DNA from: Thermoleophilia bacterium
Lineage (GTDB): Bacteria; Actinomycetota; Thermoleophilia; Gaiellales; SKUG01
Reading direction: 5' to 3'
NCBI GenBank assembly: GCA_025964555.1
Contig: JAOPYQ010000009.1
Coordinates: forward strand, 166,265-230,264
Length of the DNA: 64,000 nucleotides
Made by a program: the position numbers and the translations under genes. The notes below the pieces were generated by a model. That model searched no databases, had not been told where the DNA came from, and was given only the letters and a program-made list of their open reading frames with translations. Shown piece after piece: positions 9,707 to 19,285 of the stretch; position 1 is the stretch's first letter; each line of letters begins with the position of its first letter.

Positions 9707-9990
9707 GGGTCCTCCGGGATCTCACCTGGGCGACCACCGATGTCGCTCCAGAAGGTGGTGTCGTTCGCATGCCGAGCGCGGATCGCGTGGATCGCGGCAT
9801 GTGCCGTCTGCCAGTCCGTGCCCCGTGGCTGCGTTCGCGGCGGCCCGAGCTCGGCGACCACGCGTCCGTTGACGGTGATCTCGAAGCGCTCACCCTCCTC
9901 CGCCTCGCGCAGCACGCGCGAGATCTCGTTCCGCAACATGCGCTGCGGCAGTCGGACCGGCGGGCGTCGGAGTTCTCGTCGAGCAACCAT
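9676..9990 (-). CDS. Phd/YefM-type antitoxin
   Basis: QRMLRNEISRVLREAEEGERFEITVNGRVVAELGP; overlaps the toxin start. Confidence 0.82.
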   Translation of the reverse strand: MVARRELRRPPVRLPQRMLRNEISRVLREAEEGERFEITVNGRVVAELGPPRTQPRGTDWQTAHAAIHAIRARHANDTTFWSDIGGRPGEIPEDPWERAAKRST

Positions 9991-10073
9991 GCACTCACCG
10001 TAGCAGATCTGCTACAGGCGTTGGAATCCGCCGATGCACGCTGCGGAATCCCGCACCGGCGTAGGATCGAACC

Positions 10074-11453
10074 ATGTCGAACAAGCGCCAGCAAAAACGT
10101 GCCAAGCAGGTCCGCCGAACCAACGTGCGCGCTGCCCAGCGCTCCAAGCGTCCGCCCACGCCGGGCGACATCGCGCTGCGCCTCATCCGCGACTACGCGG
10201 TGCCGCTCGCGAGCCGGGATCCGCTCGATGCCGAGCTCGTCGCCTCGACGATGATGGGCACCGGCTGGAAGCAGGTCCTCGACTCGCCGCCGGAGGAAGC
10301 CAACGAGCTGCCCCACCCCGCGCTCGCGGTGATCAGCCTGCTGCGCAACCTGCGCGTCGAGGCCGGCGACATCGCCGACGCCGCGCTCGCCCTGGCCCAC
10401 GCGCTCTGCGTCGCCGATCGTGAGGACCCGCAGGTCGCGGCCGCCGGCGGCGTGCTCGTCGAGCAGCTGCGCGCGTTCGGTGCGAACGATCCGATCTGGG
10501 CTGGCGAGACCGGCCGCTACGAGCTGGTCGCGGCCCACGACGTGCGCGACGTGTGGATGGACGAGCACCAGCTCGTGCTCGGTTTCAAGGACTCCGCCGA
10601 TCGCGAGCACGCACTGCTGCTCACCATCGATCGCACCGAGGGCATGCAGCTCGGTCAGGTCGAGGTCATCGACCAGCGCGAACGGATGCTCGACGACATC
10701 CGCACGGCGATCGCCGACTCCGACGAGTCCGAGACTGCGCTCGTCGAGGAGCTCACCCCGGCGCGCGCCGCCGGCCTGCTCAAGGCCGCGATCGAAGGCA
10801 CTTTCGACGAGGGCGCCGACCTGCTGCTCGAAACCGACGAACACGAGCTCGACCTCCTCCAGCTGACGCTCGCCCGCTTCGAACTGCTCGAAGCCGCGTA
10901 CGAGGAAGCGACCGACGAGGCCAACGCCACGCCGTTCGACTCGGAGTTCGACGAGGAAGCCTTCGACAAGCTCGTCGAGCGCTTCACCGCCAGCGACGAG
11001 TTCGCCGCCGAGACTGACATCACGCCTCGCAGCGCCGAGCTGCTCATGCGCTGGGTGCACGACCTCGCCTACCCGCGCGCGTTGTTCGGCCCGGTCCAGG
11101 TGCACGACGTGCTGCTCGACTACGTGCCGCAGGAGGTCACTGACAGCGAAGAGCGGTCGACGATCTCCGGACCGATGCTCGCCACCACCCGCGCCTGGGC
11201 ACGCTTCTGCGCGCGCGTGGTCGGCCTTTCCGACGGCGTGGTCGACGACGTGCTCAAGGCCATCGAGCACTATGCCCCGCACCACGAGCAGGCGATGGCG
11301 GCTGACCCCGCATCGCTGCTCGGCTCAGGCCACGGCGGCGCGGATCTCAACGCGGTCGTGGCGCAGATGACCGAGCAGATGCGCGAAGCCGGCGTCGACC
11401 TGGGCGACGCGGCGGCAGTACGCGAGTGGATGACGGCGAACGCCCCGGGCTGA
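10074..11453 (+). CDS. Hypothetical acidic protein with basic N-terminus
   Basis: 459 aa, native codon bias, TAGGAT -10 six nt before the ATG. Confidence 0.7.
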   Translation: MSNKRQQKRAKQVRRTNVRAAQRSKRPPTPGDIALRLIRDYAVPLASRDPLDAELVASTMMGTGWKQVLDSPPEEANELPHPALAVISLLRNLRVEAGDIADAALALAHALCVADREDPQVAAAGGVLVEQLRAFGANDPIWAGETGRYELVAAHDVRDVWMDEHQLVLGFKDSADREHALLLTIDRTEGMQLGQVEVIDQRERMLDDIRTAIADSDESETALVEELTPARAAGLLKAAIEGTFDEGADLLLETDEHELDLLQLTLARFELLEAAYEEATDEANATPFDSEFDEEAFDKLVERFTASDEFAAETDITPRSAELLMRWVHDLAYPRALFGPVQVHDVLLDYVPQEVTDSEERSTISGPMLATTRAWARFCARVVGLSDGVVDDVLKAIEHYAPHHEQAMAADPASLLGSGHGGADLNAVVAQMTEQMREAGVDLGDAAAVREWMTANAPG

Positions 11454-11516
11454 CGCGCTCGTCCTGTGCGAGCGGCTCACGGCCGCCCGCACAGGAGGAA
11501 GCGCATCGGGGCCTGC

Positions 11517-12137
11517 TCAGGCGCCGTGACGCTTGGCGCGCTGGCGACCACCGAAGTAGGCGAGCGCCAGGCCGCCGGCCAGCAGTGACGCTCCGAGCCA
11601 GGCGATGCCGACCGCGTCGAGTCCGGTGAAGGGCAACTCGCTCGCGGGCGGATTCGTCTGCGTCGTGGCAGCACCCGTCGCTGCAGCGCCGGTATCAGCA
11701 GCGCCCGTATCCGCCTGCGTGGATGGCTCCGTGGCTGGCGCGTCCGCTGCCGCGTTCACCGTGAAGCTGCCGTTCATGCCGTCTGCATGGGGATCGCACT
11801 GGTACTTGTAGGTGCCTTCCTTGAGGTCGACGGTCCAGGTCTTCTTCCCGACCTCCGGCACCTCGGTGGACTCCTCGACGCCAGGCCCGGACAGGTGGAA
11901 GTTGTGGGCATCCCCCTTGTCGTCCACCTCGATCGTGTACGTGCCAGCGTCAAGCGATGTCACGGGCTGACCACCCTGTGTCAGGCTGATGACGAAGTCC
12001 GGCCCCACGCTTGCCTGCAGCGTGTGGTCCTCGGCCGCCGCCTGTGCGGGGGCGCTTGCGATGAACAGCGCGAGGACGAACGTCCCCAGCGCGAGCAGCA
12101 GCGCGGTGGCGCGGCTGCGGATCCATGTGACGGTCAT
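11517..12137 (-). CDS. Cupredoxin/plastocyanin-like copper protein with LPxTG anchor
   Basis: Signal peptide; HNF...YQCDPHADGM copper ligands; C-terminal LPFTG + hydrophobic helix + RQRAKRH. Confidence 0.85.
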   Translation of the reverse strand: MTVTWIRSRATALLLALGTFVLALFIASAPAQAAAEDHTLQASVGPDFVISLTQGGQPVTSLDAGTYTIEVDDKGDAHNFHLSGPGVEESTEVPEVGKKTWTVDLKEGTYKYQCDPHADGMNGSFTVNAAADAPATEPSTQADTGAADTGAAATGAATTQTNPPASELPFTGLDAVGIAWLGASLLAGGLALAYFGGRQRAKRHGA

Positions 12138-12360
12138 GGTGTGCTCCTTGGTTGCATGTGTAGCTGAAGCGGTACCCCCGGTCCACGGCGAGAGGCGGTG
12201 CTCTTCCGACGGCCGCGCACGAAGTGCGGCGTTTCTCCTCGCGTGTGCGTGAAGGTGCACGTCGGGCGTGGTGGGCCACGGTGGCCACCCGCGTGCCCTC
12301 CTCCGCCCGAACGGCGCCGATCGACTGCGCGCTGGGTGCCGCCGCGGGGGAAGCTCAGGC

Positions 12361-14037
12361 ATGCTCGAATCCGCCCGGATCCCCTCTGCTGCAGCTGGCC
12401 ACGCGCCGACGTCTGCGCGCGGACCCGTCCGGAGCCTCGCGCCGACCGCCGCGACCACGCCCGGGTCAGGGCAGCACCGCCCCGTCACCGAGCCCTCGCC
12501 CGGGCCGGAGAACGTCGGCAACCTCAAGAGCCCCGACTGGGTCAAGGACGCGGTCTTCTACCAGGTGTTCCCGGAGCGCTTCAGGAACGGTGACGCGTCG
12601 AACGACCCCAAGGGCACGGTGCCGTGGGGCACGCCGCCGCAGAACGACCAGTTCTTCATGGGTGGCGACCTCAACGGCGTCACCGAGGGGCTCGGGCACC
12701 TGCAGAAGCTGGGCGTCAACGCGCTGTACCTGAACCCGATCTTCACCTCGCCGTCGAACCACAAGTACGACACGACGGACTTCGCGAACGTCGACCCCGC
12801 GTTCGGCGGCAACAAGGCGTTCGACGAGCTCGTGGACAAGGCGCACGCGGGCGGCGTGAAGCTCGTGCTGGACGGCGTGTTCAACCACACCTCCAACGAG
12901 CACGTGTGGTTCAACGACGTGAAGGCGAAGGGCAAGGACAGCAAGTTCTGGGACTACTACAACGTCCATCGCTTCCCGATCACGACCTTCAAGGACGAGA
13001 AGGGCGTGCTGCGCTCCAACGACTACGAGGGCTGGGGCAAGGCCGAGTGGGGCGGGCCGTACGCGACGTTGCCGGTGCTCAAGAACACGCACCCGGACGT
13101 GATGAACGCGCTCGTGACCGGCAAGGATTCGGTGATGCGCACGTGGCTGCGCGACCACAAGATCGACGGGTGGCGCATGGACGTCGCCGACGAGGTCGAG
13201 CCCGAGGTGTGGCAGGCCGCGCGCAAGGTCGCGAAGGAAGAGAATCCGGACGCGTACATGCTCGGTGAGAACTGGCAGGACGCGTCGAGCATGCTCCAGG
13301 GCGACCAGTTCGACGGCGTCATGAACTACAAGTTCTTCCAGCAGCCGGCGGTCGAGTTCTTCGGGCAGAAGAAGCTCTCGCCGGATGCGTTCCTGGATCG
13401 TCTCAAGAGCCCGTATGCGCCCGAGGCGAAGCTGGCGATGCTCAACATCCTGGAGAGCCACGACACGCCGCGCTTCATCACGCAGTCGGGTGGCGACTGG
13501 TACCGCGCGCGGCCGGCGGCGATCTTCCAGATGACCTACCAGGGCGCGCCGAGCATCTACTACGGCGCGGAGATCGGCATGGAAGGCGGCGCCGATCCGG
13601 ATTCGCGGCGCGCGTTCGACTGGAAGCTCGCCGATGGCGTGCACCCGGTGCGCAAGCTCGACGGCGGCCAGGACGCGAAGGTCTCGCCGCAGCAGAAGGC
13701 CAGCGAGATGTTCGGCCTGTACCAGAAGCTCATCGAGACGCGGAAGGGCTCGGAAGCGCTGCGGCGCGGCGAGTTCCAGCCGCTCGGCACGCACAACGAC
13801 GACCAGACGCTCTCGTACCGGCGCGTCGTGCCGGGCAACGACGCCAAGGACGCGATCGTCGCGCTCAACAACAACGTCGTGAGCCGCGACGTGAAGGTGC
13901 CGGTCGGCAAGTTCGCGACCGACGGCACCGCGTTCGTGGATGCGCTGTCCGGCGCCAAGTACCTGGTCAAGGGCGGCGAGCTCCAGCTCGACGACCTCGA
14001 CGGCAACTGGGGCGCCGTCCTGCTTCGCGAGGGGTAG
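12361..14037 (+). CDS. GH13 neopullulanase/cyclomaltodextrinase-like alpha-glycosidase
   Basis: FYQVFPERF, GGDL.G, DGVFNH, DGWRMDVA, GENW, ESHDTPR. Confidence 0.9.
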   Translation: MLESARIPSAAAGHAPTSARGPVRSLAPTAATTPGSGQHRPVTEPSPGPENVGNLKSPDWVKDAVFYQVFPERFRNGDASNDPKGTVPWGTPPQNDQFFMGGDLNGVTEGLGHLQKLGVNALYLNPIFTSPSNHKYDTTDFANVDPAFGGNKAFDELVDKAHAGGVKLVLDGVFNHTSNEHVWFNDVKAKGKDSKFWDYYNVHRFPITTFKDEKGVLRSNDYEGWGKAEWGGPYATLPVLKNTHPDVMNALVTGKDSVMRTWLRDHKIDGWRMDVADEVEPEVWQAARKVAKEENPDAYMLGENWQDASSMLQGDQFDGVMNYKFFQQPAVEFFGQKKLSPDAFLDRLKSPYAPEAKLAMLNILESHDTPRFITQSGGDWYRARPAAIFQMTYQGAPSIYYGAEIGMEGGADPDSRRAFDWKLADGVHPVRKLDGGQDAKVSPQQKASEMFGLYQKLIETRKGSEALRRGEFQPLGTHNDDQTLSYRRVVPGNDAKDAIVALNNNVVSRDVKVPVGKFATDGTAFVDALSGAKYLVKGGELQLDDLDGNWGAVLLREG

Positions 14038-14249
14038 TCGCGGGGGCGGGTGCGCGAGCGGTAGCGCGGCGTCGGCGCGAGGTCGGGGCGAAGCGCCTTC
14101 CCCGCGCGGAGCGCGGCGTGCATTCGTACCGGTGGGCGGTACGTTCGGCTCACTGGATGCGTGACTGCCCCGGCTGTGTCGACATCCGTTCCGATGCAGC
14201 GGTACGTTCTGCACTGAAGTTGCCCTCCGCGGGGGCGTGCGCGGCCCCG

Positions 14250-14356
14250 ACATCGGATCCGATCGTTGTCGTGCGAGACACGATCGGATCACGTCTGGCA
14301 TCGCGTGCGAACATCGGATCCGAGCGTTGCGATTTTGGCTACGATCGGACCCGATG
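14250..14356. repeat. Tandem REP-like palindromic units
   Basis: Two units ACATCGGATCCGA(T/G)CGTTG...ACGATCGGA at 14250 and 14311, each an inverted repeat. Confidence 0.65.
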
Positions 14357-14399
14357 ATGCGCCACCGAGCCCCGGACCGCGGTCGGTAGGCTGCGATCC

Positions 14400-15005
14400 G
14401 TGCCCGCCGACACCTCCGTACTCGAACTGATCCGCCCCGCCGTCGTCGAGACGCTCGACGGCACGTGGGTGTGCGATCCGCCGCGACTGCCGATCCTGGC
14501 GGGCGAGGATCTCGCGGGCGCGTACGTGCGGATCGTCGACCACCTCGCAACGGGCGGCTACGGCACCTACCCGGACCCGGCTGCCGGCGACGGCGTGCCG
14601 AACGGCCGCGAGCCGATGATCGTCTACCACGCGCACGGTCAGCCGATCTGGCGCGAGACGCACGAGTTCCACGAGCTGTACCTGCACCTGCTGTGCGCGA
14701 TGGCGCAGGCCGACGGCGACGTGTCGAGCTCGGAGTTCGCGCTCGCGATGACGACCGCCACGCGCCTCGCAGACCGCAACTCGATCCGCGAAGCGCGCTA
14801 CCACGCACTGGTCGCGTGGCGCCTGCGCCTGCAGGACGCGACCGATCCCTACGTGTCACTGCTGCGTCGCCATGACCGCGCCGACGCGGTGCACGTGTGG
14901 CGCACACTCAGCGACCTGGCCTGGGTGGACGGCTACTGCCATCCCGGCGAGGCACGCATGCTCGCGCAGGTGGAAGCGGTGCTCGAGATCACCGACGCGG
15001 ACTGA
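14400..15005 (+). CDS. TerB-family protein
   Basis: AMAQADGDVSSSE ... LAWVDGYCHPGEARML; paralog of 18611-19285. Confidence 0.75.
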   Translation: MPADTSVLELIRPAVVETLDGTWVCDPPRLPILAGEDLAGAYVRIVDHLATGGYGTYPDPAAGDGVPNGREPMIVYHAHGQPIWRETHEFHELYLHLLCAMAQADGDVSSSEFALAMTTATRLADRNSIREARYHALVAWRLRLQDATDPYVSLLRRHDRADAVHVWRTLSDLAWVDGYCHPGEARMLAQVEAVLEITDAD

Positions 15006-15026
15006 CGGCGCCAGTCGAACGTCGAC

Positions 15027-15308
15027 CTACTCCAGCTCGAGCTCGTCCAGGTTCTCCATGATCTGGTCGAGACCCGGGATCCCGGTAGGTGCGTCGTTGA
15101 GCGAGGTCTCGCCGGTGAGCAGCTGGTCGAGGGTCTCGAGGCGCTCGGTCATCGGCACGACCTCCTCGGACTCGATCTCTTCCAGGTCGACTTCGATGAG
15201 CGCTTCGAGCTCTTCGGCGATCGCCTGCAGGTGCGCGGCGCGCGAGCGGATCGCGTTGACCGCTTCCTCGAGCTGGGCGACTTCGGCGGGGGTTGCGTCG
15301 GACGTCAT
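15027..15308 (-). CDS. Small acidic helical hypothetical protein
   Basis: 93 aa, Glu/Leu-rich, native codons; follows the HD gene. Confidence 0.65.
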   Translation of the reverse strand: MTSDATPAEVAQLEEAVNAIRSRAAHLQAIAEELEALIEVDLEEIESEEVVPMTERLETLDQLLTGETSLNDAPTGIPGLDQIMENLDELELE

Positions 15309-15355
15309 GGTCCCGATGTTGTCCACAGCCCGGACGGACTAAACGGCGCGCAGGG

Positions 15356-16057
15356 TCAACGCTCCGGGTACGGCTCGCCCTCGGGCAGCAGGCCGCCGTC
15401 GGTCGCGAAGATCTCCTCCACCACGCGCACGAACTCGTCCAGGTGCGCCTGCGCGAGCGGCTGGTCGTCGAGCTCGCTTCGGTGACTCGCGAGCGCGCGC
15501 GCGAGGTTCGAATACCACCAACGCTGCTTCTGCGCCGTGTAGGCGACCGGTTCGAGCTCGCCGTCGATGGTCTTGCGGAACCGCTCCCAGCGCTGCTGCG
15601 GATCGAGCATGAGGATCGTTCGCGCGTTGTGGAGCTTGTCCGCGATGGTGACCAGGAGGCCGTCCCCCTCGAGCGTGTGCAGCTTGTCGAGCTTGGACTG
15701 CTTGCGCACCGCGAAGTGCGGCTTGCCGTCCTCGTCCGCGTCCTCGCCGGGCGCCAGGTCGACGTCCTCGGTCGCGGCCGCGACGGCATGGGCCACGCGC
15801 TCACCGAACGTGTCGCGGATGTAGGCGCGCACCGCGTCGCGACGCTCGGCCGGCTCGACGTCCTCGACCGTGTCGTGCAGCAGCGCGGCGATCGCGGCGT
15901 CCTCGGAGCCGCCCATCTCGAGCACCAGCCCGGCGACGCCCATCAGGTGCGACAGGTAGGGAATCCCGTCCGGGCCCTTGCGCAGCTGGTCGCGGTGCAG
16001 GTCGTGCGTGTACTGGAACGCGTGGTCGAAGCGCTCGGTCAGGGTCGTGCGCGTCAT
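15356..16057 (-). CDS. HD-domain (p)ppGpp hydrolase-like protein (SAH/Mesh1)
   Basis: H.DQLRK..PYLSH, AALLHDTVED, ADKLHNAR; no synthetase domain. Confidence 0.85.
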   Translation of the reverse strand: MTRTTLTERFDHAFQYTHDLHRDQLRKGPDGIPYLSHLMGVAGLVLEMGGSEDAAIAALLHDTVEDVEPAERRDAVRAYIRDTFGERVAHAVAAATEDVDLAPGEDADEDGKPHFAVRKQSKLDKLHTLEGDGLLVTIADKLHNARTILMLDPQQRWERFRKTIDGELEPVAYTAQKQRWWYSNLARALASHRSELDDQPLAQAHLDEFVRVVEEIFATDGGLLPEGEPYPER

Positions 16058-16072
16058 GGCGAGGTTCCTATC

Positions 16073-16867
16073 ATGCAACCCCGTATGCCCGATCAGCCTT
16101 CCTCCACGCGCCCGCTCGTGACGATCGGCGTCGACCTCGCCACCGCGCCCGCGGCAACCGGCCTGTGCGTGCTCGACGTCCCCACGATGCGCGCGACGAT
16201 CGTCCCCACCCCCGCCGAACGCACCATCACGGCGATCGCCGAGCTCGCCGCGCACTGGTGGGCCGAGACGGGCGGGCGCCTGCGCATCGGGATCGACGCA
16301 CCGTTCGGCTGGCCTGCCGGATGGGTGGAGCTGCTCACGCGCGCGCGGGAGTTGGGAGACGTCCAGGCGGGCGTGTCGGCGCAGGATGGCTCGCATGCCA
16401 TCGCCCAGCCGCTGCGCTGGCGCCTCACCGACGTCGAGCTGAGTGCGTGGTCGCACCGCGCGCTGCGGCCGATGACCCCGTCGATGGATCGCCTCGCCGC
16501 GACGACCGTGCGCTGCGTCGACCTGGCACACCTGCGCGATGCGGGGATCCCGGTGGCGCGCGATGGCGCCCTGGCGGACGGGACGCCGAGCGCCGCATTC
16601 GAGGTGTACCCGACGGCGTCGCTGTTCGCGTGGGGGCTCGTCGCGAAGGGCGGGCGGCGCGAAGCGCGATCGCGGTTCCTGTCGGAGGTGTCGCAGCGCA
16701 TCGAGGCGCCGGGACTCGGCGCCAGCCACGAGCACGATGTGGACTCGCTCATCGCCGCGCTCACGGTGGCAGGGTCGATGCGCGCGATGCGACCGGAGGA
16801 CGGCGATCCGCGCGTGCTCGCGATCGAGGGCGTGATGCACGTGCCCGAGGACCCCGCGAGCGGGTAG
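16073..16867 (+). CDS. DUF429 family predicted RNase H-like nuclease
   Basis: GVDLA, IGIDAPFGWP, RLTD, FEVYP, HDVDSLIAA, EG.MH.P. Confidence 0.8.
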   Translation: MQPRMPDQPSSTRPLVTIGVDLATAPAATGLCVLDVPTMRATIVPTPAERTITAIAELAAHWWAETGGRLRIGIDAPFGWPAGWVELLTRARELGDVQAGVSAQDGSHAIAQPLRWRLTDVELSAWSHRALRPMTPSMDRLAATTVRCVDLAHLRDAGIPVARDGALADGTPSAAFEVYPTASLFAWGLVAKGGRREARSRFLSEVSQRIEAPGLGASHEHDVDSLIAALTVAGSMRAMRPEDGDPRVLAIEGVMHVPEDPASG

Positions 16868-16963
16868 TGCATCGATACCGTCCGATGCCCCCGCTACCGT
16901 TCCAGAAGCACCACATGCTCCGGGTCCCACAAGGGGGCCCCCGACGGGAAGTAGTAGACGAAG

Positions 16964-17530
16964 ATGACGACGATGACCGATCTGGACCAGGCCTTCGCGG
17001 CGGCAACGCCCTCGAGCGAGGTTCCGGCCGCCGAGACCGAGGCGCCCAAGGGGCTGCTTCCGGCTGGCAACTACGAGGGCGTCGTCACCAGCGCCGAGGT
17101 TCGCTCCGGCTTCCGCCCGTGGGTCGACCAGGAGCTCTCGCTGCGCCTGACCGTGGCCGGTGGCGAGAACGACGGCCGCACGACGTTCTGCGACATCGAG
17201 ATCGCGCCGCTCAAGGGCCGCGACGGTGGGATCAGCGAAGGCAAGCTGCGCTACGTGAAGTGGCAGATCACCGACGTGCTCGGCTACGACGGCACGCTCA
17301 GCGAGCTGGAGAAGGCAACCGACGGCTTCATCGGCACCAAGCTCTCGTTCGAGCAGAAGGTGACCCCGTCGCTCAAGGTGAACCCGAACACGGGCAAGCC
17401 GTACGAGAACCGCGAGGTCACGCTCAAGCAGAGCCTCGGCCGCGTGGACGTCGCTGCCGCAGCGGTGAACACCTCCGACTTCTACCCGGTGAACACGCCG
17501 ACGGCCGAGGACGACGACATTCCGTTCTAG
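16964..17530 (+). CDS. Phage-type single-stranded DNA-binding protein (DUF669-like)
   Basis: LLPAGNYEGVVTSAE N-terminal motif; C-terminal EDDDIPF tail. Confidence 0.7.
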   Translation: MTTMTDLDQAFAAATPSSEVPAAETEAPKGLLPAGNYEGVVTSAEVRSGFRPWVDQELSLRLTVAGGENDGRTTFCDIEIAPLKGRDGGISEGKLRYVKWQITDVLGYDGTLSELEKATDGFIGTKLSFEQKVTPSLKVNPNTGKPYENREVTLKQSLGRVDVAAAAVNTSDFYPVNTPTAEDDDIPF

Positions 17531-17566
17531 GACGTCCGCGCACCTGCGCAGACGAAGTGGTACCCC

Positions 17567-17604
17567 GCGAAGCTCGCACTCGGTGCGGGCTTCGCATCTT
17601 CTTC
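17567..17604 (+). terminator. Intrinsic terminator-like hairpin
   Basis: GCGAAGCTCGCAC-tcg-GTGCGGGCTTCGC followed by ATCTTCTTC. Confidence 0.65.
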
Positions 17605-17706
17605 GTGACGAAGATGCGACGCATCCGGCACGATGCGCGCGCATTGCGTGACACCCGCTCCGAGATCGTTGCTCCAGACACCGAGCCTCGAACCCAGGAG
17701 CTGATC

Positions 17707-18627
17707 ATGCAGACCGCCGACGTCATCGCGTTCCCGTCCCCCACCACCGTCGATCTCGAGGAGGTCCACGTCAGGGCGGCGACGATGGACTTCCTCGCCG
17801 AACTCGTGGAGGCGGTGGACACCGACGGTTTCGTCGCAATCGACGCGGGCCTCGCGGAGGAGCTGCGCTCGCTGGCCGACGTGCTGCTGCAGCTCGCCGA
17901 CGCCGAGGCGGACGCCGGGTCGGGACCCGACGCAAGCGCGTATGCAACGGTGGGACTGCGCACGCAGCTCGCGCGTTCGGCGGACCTGATCCGACGGGCG
18001 GCAGTGCCGATCTGTCACTCGAGCGCGCGCCGGATGTTCGGGGGCGCGCTCTACGAGCGTGTGCATCCCGTGGTGATGGTGCTCGGCGAGCTGAGCACGC
18101 TGGCGTACGAGCGCAGCCTCGACGCTCATCCCGCGGCGCTCATCGAGGAGATGCCGATCCGACGATTCGGGCGCGTGGCCGCGCAGGCCTATGACTGGGC
18201 GCAGTGGAGCGCGGATGCGCCGCCGCACCTGCGGGCAGTGCTCGTCGACGCGCTCGAGGCGGCAGCCGCGCGGGCACGCGAATACCGGGTGGTCGACGGT
18301 GACGAGCTCGCGCCGGTCGATGCGGCGCCGCTCATGGATGCACTCGAGACTCTGCTCGATGAATGGCTCGCCTGCATGCCCGGTGACGTGCTCGCCGAGT
18401 TCGCCGCCGAGCGCGACCCGGATCCGCTGTTCGGCGACTGCTTCGACATCGGCGTGGCGTGCTCGATCGCGCGCCGGCTCATCGTCGCAACCGGCGCCGC
18501 GCTGCCGGACACCGCGGATATCGACGTGTGGCTCAACACAACCTCCAGCCTTGCGTCGGGACGGCCGGAATCCCTCAAGCACGCGCCCGATTCGGCCGAT
18601 CGTGGAAGCAATGTGCCCGCCCCCTGA
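17707..18627 (+). CDS. Hypothetical helical protein
   Basis: CAGGAG RBS before MQTADVIAF; overlaps the next gene. Confidence 0.7.
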   Translation: MQTADVIAFPSPTTVDLEEVHVRAATMDFLAELVEAVDTDGFVAIDAGLAEELRSLADVLLQLADAEADAGSGPDASAYATVGLRTQLARSADLIRRAAVPICHSSARRMFGGALYERVHPVVMVLGELSTLAYERSLDAHPAALIEEMPIRRFGRVAAQAYDWAQWSADAPPHLRAVLVDALEAAAARAREYRVVDGDELAPVDAAPLMDALETLLDEWLACMPGDVLAEFAAERDPDPLFGDCFDIGVACSIARRLIVATGAALPDTADIDVWLNTTSSLASGRPESLKHAPDSADRGSNVPAP

Positions 18628-19285
18628 GTTCAGGTTCGATCCGAACGTCGATTCGATCCTGCCCGTCGATGAAGCCTGGCTCGTCGATCCGCGCATCCTC
18701 GTCAAACGCATCGATCCGGCGGGCTCGCTCCCCTTCGTGAACGCATACCTGGCAGCGGTCGACGAACTCGCTGCGCGCGGCTACGGCTGCATCCCCGACC
18801 CGCGGGCCGGCGATGGCGCGCCGCGCAGCCTCGTGGCGACCTGCATCGTGTACCAGGCGACCGATGACGGACCGCTCAGGGTCGCCGCCGAGTCACGCGA
18901 GCTGCACCTGCGCCTGGTCTGCACCATGGCGCGCACCGACGGCGCGTTCGTCGGGTCGGAGTTGGCCGTCGCGCTCGAGGTCGCAGACCGACTTGCAGGT
19001 CCGAACGTGGATGCACGACTGCGCTTTCGGGCGCTCGTTCGCGAGCTGTTCATGAACCCCGCCGAGGCGCGCGACCCGCTCGCACAGCTCGCCGAGCTGC
19101 CGCGACCACAGGCTCTCGACATCCTCGAGACACTCACCGCGATGGCGCAGGCTGACGGATTCCTGCGCCTCGCCGAGCAGCGGATGCTCGAGCGCGTGCA
19201 CGAGGTGCTCGAACTTCCGGTGCCGATGGCGGATGCGAACATGGCGCCGAGCGTGGTTCGGTACGTGCAGCCCGACGCGGCATGA
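18611..19285 (+). CDS. TerB-family protein
   Basis: TMARTDGAFVGSE ... AMAQADGFLRLAEQRML; shares the GYG..PDP.AGDG motif with 14400. Confidence 0.75.
   Translation: MCPPPEFRFDPNVDSILPVDEAWLVDPRILVKRIDPAGSLPFVNAYLAAVDELAARGYGCIPDPRAGDGAPRSLVATCIVYQATDDGPLRVAAESRELHLRLVCTMARTDGAFVGSELAVALEVADRLAGPNVDARLRFRALVRELFMNPAEARDPLAQLAELPRPQALDILETLTAMAQADGFLRLAEQRMLERVHEVLELPVPMADANMAPSVVRYVQPDAA

Noticed and set aside
9302-9990. TA pair as marker of a mobile element
   Set aside because: No flanking repeats or recombinase seen
12347-12363. Shared CAG(G)GCATG before several starts (12361, 48086, 53990)
   Set aside because: Too short and GC-rich; explained by ordinary leaderless start context
14250-14356. 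Possible CRISPR repeats
   Set aside because: Two degenerate self-complementary units with no unique spacers; REP-like
15060-15095. TGIPGLDQI, resembling a KaiC/RecA N-terminal motif
   Set aside because: No P-loop follows; the protein ends about 10 aa later
16964-17530. Prophage
   Set aside because: No integrase, terminase, capsid or tail genes nearby
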